Shown: in pieces, positions 22,719 through 31,941 of the stretch
How positions within the stretch are numbered: position 1 is the stretch's first letter
How the letters are laid out: each line of letters opens with the position of its first letter
Assembly: GCA_965112735.1 (NCBI GenBank)
Contig: OZ218962.1
Span: 1,798,001 to 1,862,000, forward strand
DNA from: Phaeosaccion multiseriatum
Taxonomy: Eukaryota > Protista > Ochrophyta, other classes
Length of the DNA stretch: 64,000 nt
Reading direction: 5' to 3'
Notes under the pieces: generated by a model
What the model was told of the DNA's origin: nothing
Database searches by the model: none
The model's input: only the letters and a program-made list of their open reading frames with translations
Translations under genes and position numbers: made by a program

Positions 22719-24843
22719 CCATCATTGGCAGCAGCAGCAGTGTCATCAGCAACAGCATTGCCACCGCCCCCACCGCAACAAGAGGCAATAGCAGGAGGAG
22801 TCTCAGCAAGAGGGCGAGAGGGCACCCCTGCTCGGAAACAGCAGGGAAGAGGGAAGCACGAGTACGTACTGCAGCGGTACGTCAGACGACCGCTACTGTG
22901 GACCCGGCCAGCATTGGAAGGAGGGTCAGGGTCAGGGTCAGGGTCAGGGTCAGGGCCCGAGGCCGATGCCCAGGCAGGGGGGTGCAAGTTCCACTTCCGT
23001 GTTTATGTGCTTCTCCGAGCCGACATGAGTGCTTGGGTGTATCCTATGTGCTTCATTCTGTCTGCGAGCACGCCGTACTGTGAGGCCAGTGCGAGAGGGG
23101 ATGACGACACAGTGCACATCAGCAACCTCTCCAGGAACAAGGGAGGTGAGTTTCGTGTCTGCTCCTTTGTGTTTGCCCCTTCCGAGTCCTCACAATTTTT
23201 GGCCTTACACCCTGTCCACACCTCGGCCCTGACACCCACGCACCCTCTGTCCGTACGCTCTCACACTCTCTGCCCCCCACTCACCCTCTGTCCTGACACC
23301 TCGCAGTGGCTGGGCACCCCGGCCAGGTCCTGTGCGACATGCCCAAGGTGAGCTGTTGTTGGGGGTGTTGGGGGGGGGCACTATTTGGGTGTAGAGAGGG
23401 GGTGGGTAGGCACGGGGCACGAGGCACTGCCTGGGCTTACCGCCAAGCGCGCCTTCTTCACTGAAGAGCCAACACGCCTGCCTTCAAGAACGGTGAAGAG
23501 CGAACCACTCCAGGTTTTTGATGTTCAGTTTCGATGTGACCGATCTCGATATCGAATCCGTGCATGGTGTTCGACATTTGATCGAATCCGTGCATGGTGT
23601 TCGATATTTCATTGCCGCGTCTTACCTCTTGTACACAGGAGTACCCAGAGCTCTGGCCCGGTACACAAGCTCTGGTGGCCGACCTCGTCCGCGCCTCGGC
23701 TCCGTTCCTTCGGCAGCAGGCCTCGCCGCTTCACTTCGAGCTTCTCGGTCTGGACCTGTTGCCTGACCAGGAGGGGCGTGTGTGGCTCATTGAGGTCAAT
23801 CGCCTGCCGGGCCTGGCGAGCTCCACTCAGAACAAGTGAGGGAGGGAGGGGAGGGGGAGGGGAGGGAGGGGAGGGAGGTGAGGGAGGGGAGGAAGGGGAG
23901 GAAGGGGAGGGAGGGAGGGAGGGAGGGGAGGGGAGGGGAGGGGAGAAGAGGAGAGGGAATGGGATGGGATGGGAGCAAGGGGGGAGGCCAAAGGCGTGCG
24001 GATAGATTTTTTGTCTAGCACAGCATGGGCAAGGCGGGTAAAGGGCATGCATACTCTCTGTGCCTCACACAAACGTGCCCCTTCTTCCTTCGCCTCTTCC
24101 CCCCCCCCTGCTACCGACTGGCGTGTTCATTTCGCTCTCCTCCTCCCCCTTTATCTCCTTCTCTCCCTTTCTCTCTTCTCCCTCCCTCTCTCTCTGTCTC
24201 TCTCCCTCACACCCCCCCCCTTCTCTGTCTCCCTCTGTCTCTCTCCCTCCCACCCCCCCCCTTCTCTGTCTCCCTTTCTCTCTCCCCCTCCCTCTCCCGC
24301 CCCCCCCCTTTCTGTCTCTCTTTCCCTGTCCCTGTCCCCCTCTCTCCCCCTCCCTCCGTCTCTCTCGGTAGGACCATAGAAGACTCTCTCTACAACCGCA
24401 TGTGTGATGACATTTTGAAGCTGCTGGTGCTTCCTCCACTAGCAAAGCTCAAGACGAGAGCCGCAGCCGGACGACGAGGAGCAGCAGCAGACGGACCAGC
24501 AGCAGAAGCAGCAGCACAAGGGGGAGCAACAGCAGCAGTTGGTAATACAGCAGCAGCCGGAGCAGGAGCAGAAAGAGCAGCAGAAGGAGGAGCAGGAGGA
24601 GGAGGAGGAGAGCAGGGAGGAAAAGGGGGAGGAGCAGGAGAGCAGGGAGCAGCAGTAGGAGGAGGAGGAGGAGAGCGAGGAGGAGCAGCAGGAGGAGGAG
24701 GAGAGCAGGGAGGAGGCGGCTGGCACAGAGTGTGTGATGCCCAGGCAGGGGCGGCGGAGGAGGGATCGTACTGGAAAAACCTCTTCAATTGGGCAGCCTT
24801 CGTGAGGAAGGGGAGGAAGGGCACTGCTGCACAGCTCTCGTGA
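21666..24843 (+). CDS. Tubulin-tyrosine ligase-like (ATP-grasp) protein, spliced
   Basis: LEDKGNL, WWCLKASRGNGG, YVLQRYVRRPLL, KFHFRVYVL, HISN, FELLGLDLL...VWLIEVNRLPG. Exons ~21666-22070, 22380-23146, 23306-23348, 23639-23835, 24372-24843. Confidence 0.85.
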
Positions 24844-25814
24844 GGAGTGGAAGGAGAGGAGGGGCAGGGAGGAGCTGTTGAGGAGGGTCAGGGGAGAGGA
24901 GGGCAGGGGACCTGCCTACTAACTATCCAGTCCATGTTCGAATCAATAGAAGCTAGAGCTCGATGGAAGACATGTCACCTTGAGCATGGCCCCTTGCTTA
25001 CACTTACGGGGGGAAATGTTCGGTGGTCATGCGTTCCGCACCCTATGCTTTTGTTCGTAGGCTGAGGGGGGGCCCTCTCTCTCGCCCTCTCGCCTTTCCT
25101 CCCTCTCTCTCGCTCTCTCGCCCTCTCTTGGTCGTCTCAGACCCTACCAGTCCGTTCATATGACCGTATCTTGTCATTTCCTTCTCAACTGTCCTGACAA
25201 GCATGAGAGCTGCGATTCGGTTAGGTAGCAGAGTACGTTGGTCCGCGAAGGTTCGACACAACGGCGAAACCATGATGACGCATGGAGAGGAGAGTATCAA
25301 GTATTAAAAAAATAAGTTAACAATAATGTGGAAAGCGAGTGCGTGTGTACGTGCACTTTCTCTATAACATATCACTTAAGTAAGAATGTGGAACGCTATC
25401 AGCCATCTGAGCTACAACGCAGCCAGACTATCCACAGCGAGTGCGTGTGTACCGTGCACGCCACTCTACTAAGACCGACACCACCTGCCGAGCGACTTGA
25501 CACCACAGTAGACAACAGAATGTGCGCAGACTGACACTTTGTTCAGACAACCCAAACAGTCAGCCAGTTCCCTTGACACAGCTTGTCTCATTCCCGCTCT
25601 TCACTCTCCCTGCTGCTGTATCATCCCATCCCGTGTCTTGATCCATTCCCAAAAATACCTCTCCGCTGCTTCTTGCCTGACCTGCTCCGTCCTTGATATG
25701 TATCTCTTTCTCGAGAAAGAGATTGGCGAGGACAGTGCACACCCTGTACATGGTGGCAGAGCAGCTAGCACAATGAGCACTGCCTGCTCCAGCCACCTCG
25801 TCGCGCGGCCTCCT

Positions 25815-26258
25815 CTACTCTACTATCGCAAAGAACCCCTCAAGGAAGTCCGTCACAGCGCCTGTACAGATGGGGCACTCTCCTGTATCCACCACTTGCT
25901 CTGCGCAGTCCTCACAGAAGGTACTGTGAAAGCAAGGGACGAGCACGCAGTGGGGCTCGCTGGCGAACAATTGGCCGTGGCAGGCCATACACTCTGTTCT
26001 CCCGTTTTGCTGGGGCTCCTCCTGCGGCTGTGGAAGCTGCTGTGTCGGCGCTGTTAGACCCACACCCGAATCAAGCACCGAGTAGCGGCCACCTTTTGAT
26101 GTGGTTAAAGTCCCAGCCTTGGTCCTGGCCACCAATGGTACCACCACCACCACCAGCACTGCCCCCCCCACCACCACCAGCAACAGTAGCAGCAGCAGCG
26201 GCAGTAGGAGTGGCAGGAGCAGCAGAAAGGATACCCCTTTTACCGTCTGCTTCTTCAT
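25815..26258 (-). pseudogene. C3HC4 RING-finger coding remnant (possibly an exon or decayed gene)
   Basis: CMAC...LVPCFHSTFCEDC...ECPIC. Flanking frames are broken and no convincing full gene model was found. Confidence 0.55.
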
Positions 26259-26535
26259 GGCCCTGCTTGAGCGTGTTTGTACACAGTCTTGGTCCTTCTC
26301 CTAGGCAGTCTGCTGATGTACACAAAGCTTCCGGGCGGCCCGAAAAAAAAGTTCTGCGAGCTAAAGCAGAGCATCGGCGCGGAAGTTGTCGCGCGCCAAC
26401 ACACTCAGACCACTCGAGATCACCCCCTCTCCATAGCACTGCTGCCGCTGTGCCGTGTTGGTGGTTTCTTTAAAAGCCCTTCCACGGGACAGTTGAAGAT
26501 TTTTTTGTTAGTGAACATGGCCGCGAGAGGGGAAA

Positions 26536-26570
26536 TACTTTTAGACAACCATAGATGGCACTTAAAGGTA
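26536..26570 (+). mobile_element. Minimal 3'-end fragment of CRE-like family A
   Basis: TACTTTTAGACAACCATAGATGGCACTTAA (26536-26565) is identical to 21477-21506. Confidence 0.85.
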
Positions 26571-26588
26571 TATTTTGACCTCCTCCTC

Positions 26589-26780
26589 GCTGTTTGAGTC
26601 ATTCGGCGGCGATTGGCCGTGGCGCTCCAGCGGGCCCGACACGAACGATCAATTCGACACAAGGGTTGCGGCTGGTATCAACGTTGTTCCGATGGGGAGG
26701 ACTGACGAGTCGGAGGAATACGACCTTGGGGGCTAAGTTCCCCGGGGGGGTGCGTGAGACGTTACTTTTAGCGTAATATA
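26589..26780 (+). mobile_element. ~190-bp 3' fragment of CRE-like family A
   Basis: Colinear, diverged copy of 21308-21518 (GCTGTTTG..TCATTCGGCG...GCGCTCCAGCGGGCCCGACACGAACGATC...GGGCTAAGTTC...GTAATATA). It lacks the ACAACCATAGATGGCACTTAAGG block. Confidence 0.9.
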
Positions 26781-26805
26781 CTTTAAAAAGATGCTCTTCC
26801 TCGCC

Positions 26806-27239
26806 CACAGCGAGACCCGCAAGGAGCGATGCGGGCACCTGCGACCGAGAGCGCGTTCGCCTCACCATCTTCGCCATCGAGACCCACGGACGACTCGGCG
26901 CACAGGCGCAATCGCTCCTACACGCACTCGCCGAGCACGTCGTCTCCCGCACGGGCCGCACCGGCTCCTCCACCGTCAAGGGCCACGTCCTGACCAGGCT
27001 TCGCCGACTCGTCAGCTGCAGCTACCAGATGTGGCTCTCGGAGCGAGAGCGCGCCTTCCTGGGCCGGCTCAACCGCGGTGCTGGTCCTGCACCTCCCCTC
27101 CCCGCCCATCAAGAGGGGGTGTAACCGCCCCCCCGAGGACCCCGGAGACACAGAGACACTGCACACGCACCCACACGCGCGCACACACACAATCACACTT
27201 TCCGTTTCTTAGGTGATTCCTATTAAGTCAATAAATAGT
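26806..27239 (+). mobile_element. 3' fragment of CRE-like family B with 3' UTR and AATAAA
   Basis: A frame not in the ORF track reads TCDRERVRLTIFAIETHGRLGAQAQSLLHALAEHV...RLRRLVSCSYQ, stop 27122-27124. It is homologous to YDPTRYHLVPFAIEQQGAFGPSAQMFIKTLATHM of family A. AATAAA at 27230-27235. Confidence 0.8.
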
Positions 27240-28094
27240 CCTCTCCTCCTCCTCCTCCTCCTCCTCCTCCTCCTCCTCCTCCTCCTCCTCCTCCTCCTCC
27301 TCCTCCTCCTCCTCCTCCTCCTCCTCCTCCTCCTCCTCCTCCTCCTCCTCCTCCTCCTCCTCCTCCTCCTCCTCCTCCTCCTCCTCCTCCTCCTCCTCCT
27401 CCTCCTCCTCCTCCTCCTCCTCCTCCTCCTCCTCCTCCTCCTCCTCCTCCTCCTCCTCCTCCTCCTCCTCCTCCTCCTCCTCCTCCTCCTCCTCCTCCTC
27501 CTCCTCCTCCTCCTCCTCCTCCTCCTCCTCCTCCTCCTCCTCCTCCTCCTCCTCCTCCTCCTCCTCCTCCTCCTCCTCCTCCTCCTCCTCCTCCTCCTCC
27601 TCCTCCTCCTCCTCCTCCTCCTCCTCCTCCTCCTCCTCCTCCTCCTCCTCCTCCTCCTCCTCCTCCTCCTCCTCCTCCTCCTCCTCCTCCTCCTCCTCCT
27701 CCTCCTCCTCCTCCTCCTCCTCCTCCTCCTCCTCCTCCTCCTCCTCCTCCTCCTCCTCCTCCTCCTCCTCCTCCTCCTCCTCCTCCTCCTCCTCCTCCTC
27801 CTCCTCCTCCTCCTCCTCCTCCTCCTCCTCCTCCTCCTCCTCCTCCTCCTCCTCCTCCTCCTCCTCCTCCTCCTCCTCCTCCTCCTCCTCCTCCTCCTCC
27901 TCCTCCTCCTCCTCCTCCTCCTCCTCCTCCTCCTCCTCCTCCTCCTCCTCCTCCTCCTCCTCCTCCTCCTCCTCCTCCTCCTCCTCCTCCTCCTCCTCCT
28001 CCTCCTCCTCCTCCTCCTCCTCCTCCTCCTCCTCCTCCTCCTCCTCCTCCTCCTCCTCCTCCTCCTCCTCCTCCTCCTCCTCCTCCTCCTCCTC
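27240..28094. repeat. ~850-bp essentially perfect (CCT)n trinucleotide tract
   Basis: Directly visible; it produces the poly-L, poly-E and poly-R ORF artefacts. Confidence 0.97.
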
Positions 28095-28534
28095 CCCACC
28101 GCCTCGTCTAGTTTGGCCCTCAACTCCTCCCCGGCCAGCGTCCACGACTGGGGGACTGGGTGTCAGGACATTTGAGCTTTCAAAGTGTTGACGGGGGGAA
28201 GCGTATGAGGCGACCGCGACCACAGCCCTAACCTTGAGCGCTTCTCTACCTGCTGGCAGAGGATGTAGCTGGACTTCAAGCTGGTCGGCCATCAGCTGCT
28301 GGAGGATGTGGCAGGCAACGGCGGCCAGAGAGCACACTTGCCAGCTGTAAGCCTGCACCACATACCCCAGCTGACCACGCCATTGAATCCAGGTAAGGGG
28401 CACACGTGCTCACGTGAAGTTCAATGTTATAATTCAGTCAATCTACTAGCCTTTCTCGAATACCACTTTCTCTCTCTCTTCTGGTCTTCGCTGCTCCACT
28501 CTTCTCGCTACACACACATATATATATATATGCC

Positions 28535-30880
28535 TTATGGCCCGCTACTGCCAAGCGCATTCTCCCACTCGGTTCTGTTGCGCCTTCGGCCTTCCGCCGA
28601 GGAGCAGGAAGCCGCAATGCTGCGGCATGATTTCGTCACCCACTCATGACGCCAGACGCAGAGCCCTACAACGACCACCAGAAGGCTCAGAACCAAGACA
28701 ATCTGTTCGAGAGGCGAGAGGCTCCCACCATCTCCTGTCGAGGGGTCCCTAGTCCCCCCACTATTCACGCCTCCTTCTGCAGTTGGATCTCCGGGGATTT
28801 CGGTTGGCGCCGCTGTCGGAGCTGCCGTTGGAACTGCTCTGGTGGGAGCTGCCATTGGAGCTGCTGTCCGAGCTGCCGTTGGAACTGCCGTGGGAGCTGC
28901 CATTGAAGCTGCTGTCGGAGCTGCCGTTGGAGCTACTGTCGGAGCTGCCATTGGAGCTGCCGTGGGAGCTGCCATTGGAGCTGCTGTCGGAGCTGCCATT
29001 GGAACTGCCGTGGGAGCTGCCATTGGAGCTACTGTCGGAGCTGCCATTGGAGCTGCCGTGGGAGCTGCCATTGGAGCTGCTGTCGGAGCTGCCGTTGGAG
29101 CTAAGCCTGCCGTGGGAGCTACCATTGGAGCTGCTGTCGGAGCTGCCATTGGAGCTGCCGTTGGAACTGCTGTGGGAGCTGCCATTGGAGCTGCTGTCGG
29201 AGCTGCCGTTGGAACTGCCGTGGGAGCTGCCATTGGAGCTGCTGTCGGAGCTGCCATTGGAACTGCCGTGGGAGCTGCCATTGGAGCTGCTGTCGGAGCT
29301 GCCGTTGGAGCTGCCATTGGAGCTGCTGTCGGAGCTGCCATTGGAGCTGCTGTCGGAGCTGCCATTGGAGCTGCTGTCGGAGCTGCCGCGGGAGCTGCCA
29401 TTGGAGCTGCTGTCGGAGCTGCCATTGGAGCTGCCGTGGGAGCTGCCATTGGAGCTGCTGTTGGTTGAGTGGTACTAGAGGCAGACGTGGGGACAGGCAG
29501 GTCCAAATATAAAGTAATGAAGTCTCTGCCCCCCCCAAGGGATCTCCCGCCGTTAAAGCTTTCCGATGTGAACCCCGCGAGAGCGAGGGTGTTGCCAATT
29601 ACGTGGCAGCCCGTTATTCTGTCCTCACCACTAGTCCCGTCCTGCCATCTCCAAACTTCAGTGCCGTCTGTGGCGTCAAGACCCACGGCGACAAAGCCCC
29701 ATCCTCCAGTGTCTCCTCCCGGCTGGTCAGTAGTGAAAGTACCCGTTGTGCTTCCCGCCAAAACGACGGTGGTGCTCTCCTCCCCCACAAATAGCGCGGA
29801 GGCCTCAAGAATGTCATCCCCCGGCGATCCATCCTGCCAGCGCCACAGTTCTGTGCCGTCCATCGGGTTCAACGCAACAGCGACGAAATCAACCGATCCC
29901 ATGTGGGTCCCGCTGAAGGTGCCTACGGTAGCTCCTGCCAGCACGAGTCTCGTGCTGTCCACTAATGTGGCCGTGAGAATTCCGTCCGCAGACCCCGTCC
30001 CATCCTGCCAGCGCCATAGTTCTGTGCCGTCTGTGGGGTCCAATGCAACGGCGAGGAAATCTCCACCATCTCCTCCTCTGAATGTCCCGGAGAAGTCTCC
30101 ACCCGTGGCTCCCGCCAGCACGAGGATGCCTCCCCCGTCGTCGTTGTTGATACTGTCAACTACGAAAGAAGAGGCGTCAAATGTCTCAAAACCAGCTGTC
30201 CCGCTCTGATATCTCCACAGTTCCGTGCCATCCGTGGGGTCCAACGCAATCGCCAGACCATCAAAGTCGCCGCTGTTGGACTTGAGACCGTCGAAGCTGC
30301 CGTTCGTGGTTCCCGCCAGCACAACGGCGCTGCTGCCCCCCGCGAGCGTCACTAATGCGGAGGTACGAATCCCGTCAGTATTATTCGTCCCATCCTGCCA
30401 CCGCCATATTTCTTCGCCATCCAATAGGTCGAGGGCCACGGCGATAGCATCGCTGGCTCCCCGGTTGGTCCCGCTGAAGCTGCCCTCCGAGTCTCCCGCC
30501 AGAACGACCATCGCGCTGTCCACTACTGTGGAGGTCCAAATTGCTTCAATCCTACTCGTCCCATCCTGCCAGCGCCACACTTCCGTGTCCTCCTCCGTCG
30601 CTTGCCGAGCCACTGCAACAAAATCTGCCTCCCCCTGGTTGGTCCCGCTGAAGCTGCCAAACGTGCTACCCGCCAGCACCAGCGTCGTGCTGCTGCCCAC
30701 GGCAATGTCTGAGGTGAATATGGAGTCGAAGCCAACTGTGCCACCCTGCCAACCTATGTCTCCACGCAGGGAGGGAGGGGTCATGACAGCTGCTGCCTTG
30801 TCAACAAGAAGTCCCGTGAGGAGCAGAACAAGTAGCAGCACAGCCTTCCGGCCATCAGCAGTAGCTGAAGAACGTTCCAT
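28535..30880 (-). CDS. Intronless type-I membrane protein: signal peptide, ~7 WRWQDGT beta-propeller-like repeats, PTAA/PMAA mucin-like stalk, TM helix
   Basis: 781-aa uninterrupted ORF. Hydrophobic N-terminus, six W(R)(W/Y)Q(D/S)G repeats plus an N-terminal WQGGT, 12-bp stalk repeats at ~28800-29460, and TM IVLVLSLLVVVVGLCVW. Confidence 0.85.
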   Translation of the reverse strand: MERSSATADGRKAVLLLVLLLTGLLVDKAAAVMTPPSLRGDIGWQGGTVGFDSIFTSDIAVGSSTTLVLAGSTFGSFSGTNQGEADFVAVARQATEEDTEVWRWQDGTSRIEAIWTSTVVDSAMVVLAGDSEGSFSGTNRGASDAIAVALDLLDGEEIWRWQDGTNNTDGIRTSALVTLAGGSSAVVLAGTTNGSFDGLKSNSGDFDGLAIALDPTDGTELWRYQSGTAGFETFDASSFVVDSINNDDGGGILVLAGATGGDFSGTFRGGDGGDFLAVALDPTDGTELWRWQDGTGSADGILTATLVDSTRLVLAGATVGTFSGTHMGSVDFVAVALNPMDGTELWRWQDGSPGDDILEASALFVGEESTTVVLAGSTTGTFTTDQPGGDTGGWGFVAVGLDATDGTEVWRWQDGTSGEDRITGCHVIGNTLALAGFTSESFNGGRSLGGGRDFITLYLDLPVPTSASSTTQPTAAPMAAPTAAPMAAPTAAPMAAPAAAPTAAPMAAPTAAPMAAPTAAPMAAPTAAPTAAPMAAPTAVPMAAPTAAPMAAPTAVPTAAPTAAPMAAPTAVPTAAPMAAPTAAPMVAPTAGLAPTAAPTAAPMAAPTAAPMAAPTVAPMAAPTAVPMAAPTAAPMAAPTAAPMAAPTVAPTAAPTAASMAAPTAVPTAARTAAPMAAPTRAVPTAAPTAAPTEIPGDPTAEGGVNSGGTRDPSTGDGGSLSPLEQIVLVLSLLVVVVGLCVWRHEWVTKSCRSIAASCSSAEGRRRNRTEWENALGSSGP

Positions 30881-31128
30881 TAGAGAGAAGAGAGGAAGAG
30901 TGTTGCTCGCTATGCTTTATCATTTTATTTCCTTTGTGCCTGCTAAACTCCCCGAACGTTACCGTCTAGTAGCCGCCGGTGGAAGAAGCGATGGAAAGTG
31001 CAAGAAGCAGGTCAGGGGACAGAAAACGTTGCGAAAAAATCTTCAGACCCTTCATTGATCATCCTTCATTTTAAAGCGTGATTGACGCAGGCCACCGTAA
31101 AACCAGATCTGCGACAGACTCGAGAGGT

Positions 31129-31882
31129 ATGAGTGAAGTGAATGACTGGCTCCGGGCGGAGGTTGCCCGTCTCGAAGAGGAGCTCCGCATAGAAAGACAG
31201 AAAGAGAAAGATACGACCGACGCCACGACCCCCCCCCTGCATCGGGGCCGGGAGGTGAATGACATCTCGCCGGCCAGTGGGAAGACAGGCTACCGCATGT
31301 CCTACTGGGTGCTTCTAAACCTCTCCTTCTTCGTGTCGTGTGTCATCGCCGTCACTGATCGCTTCACGGCGAACTCCATTACAGGGGTGAGAGAGTTGGC
31401 TATGCATCCTCACTCCTGCTGGTCTGGCACTGCTGGGGGGGGGTGGCTTTTTGTGCCTCTTCTTCTCTCGGCCGGCTCTGTGTGTGTGAGTGTCCCTCTC
31501 TGCTTGTATGCATGTGTCTCGTCTCTGCCTCTCTTCTCTTCTCTCACGCTCTCTCTCTGGCTGCCTCCCTGCGTGCTTGCTTACTGCCTGTCTCATCACC
31601 ATCATGTCCCTCTTGCTTTCTGTAGGGCGTGTTGGGGGAGACAGCCTTTGACGAGCTGACGGAGAAATGCAGCGCCGAGAAAGGAAGCGAGGACGCCGCC
31701 GAGTGTAAGCCCTACGTTCTTTATTTTAATATCATTATCAGGGCCACGGCGCGTATCCTGGTGGTTGCCTTCTGCTTCTTCTTCTTTACCATGTGCAGGT
31801 GCGTGCGGTCAAGTTAAGGTAGAAAAAAGGGGGAAGAGAGGGCGAAGAAGGCGCTCTGGGGGACGGGGGGCCCCCTCTCCCC

Positions 31883-31941
<59 letters not shown>

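Noticed and set aside
22922-22955. (TCAGGG)n as an interstitial telomere
   Set aside because: Few variant units, in frame as Gly-Ser within an exon.
24983-24994. AGCATGGCCCCT match to U6 snRNA
   Set aside because: About 12 bp only, with no upstream ACAGAGA box or rest of U6.
25150-25320. HFLLNCP peptide followed by an A-rich end, as a LINE 3' remnant
   Set aside because: Upstream CxxC missing; a single short motif.
28134-28400. Stop-interrupted frame ending LLEDVAGNGG, reminiscent of an OTU protease
   Set aside because: Catalytic D-x-x-C motif absent; too weak without an HMM search.
27209-28403. Poly-R, poly-L and poly-E ORFs, and similar LSLS/ERER/THSL/SQSV ORFs throughout
   Set aside because: Stop-free translations of microsatellites.
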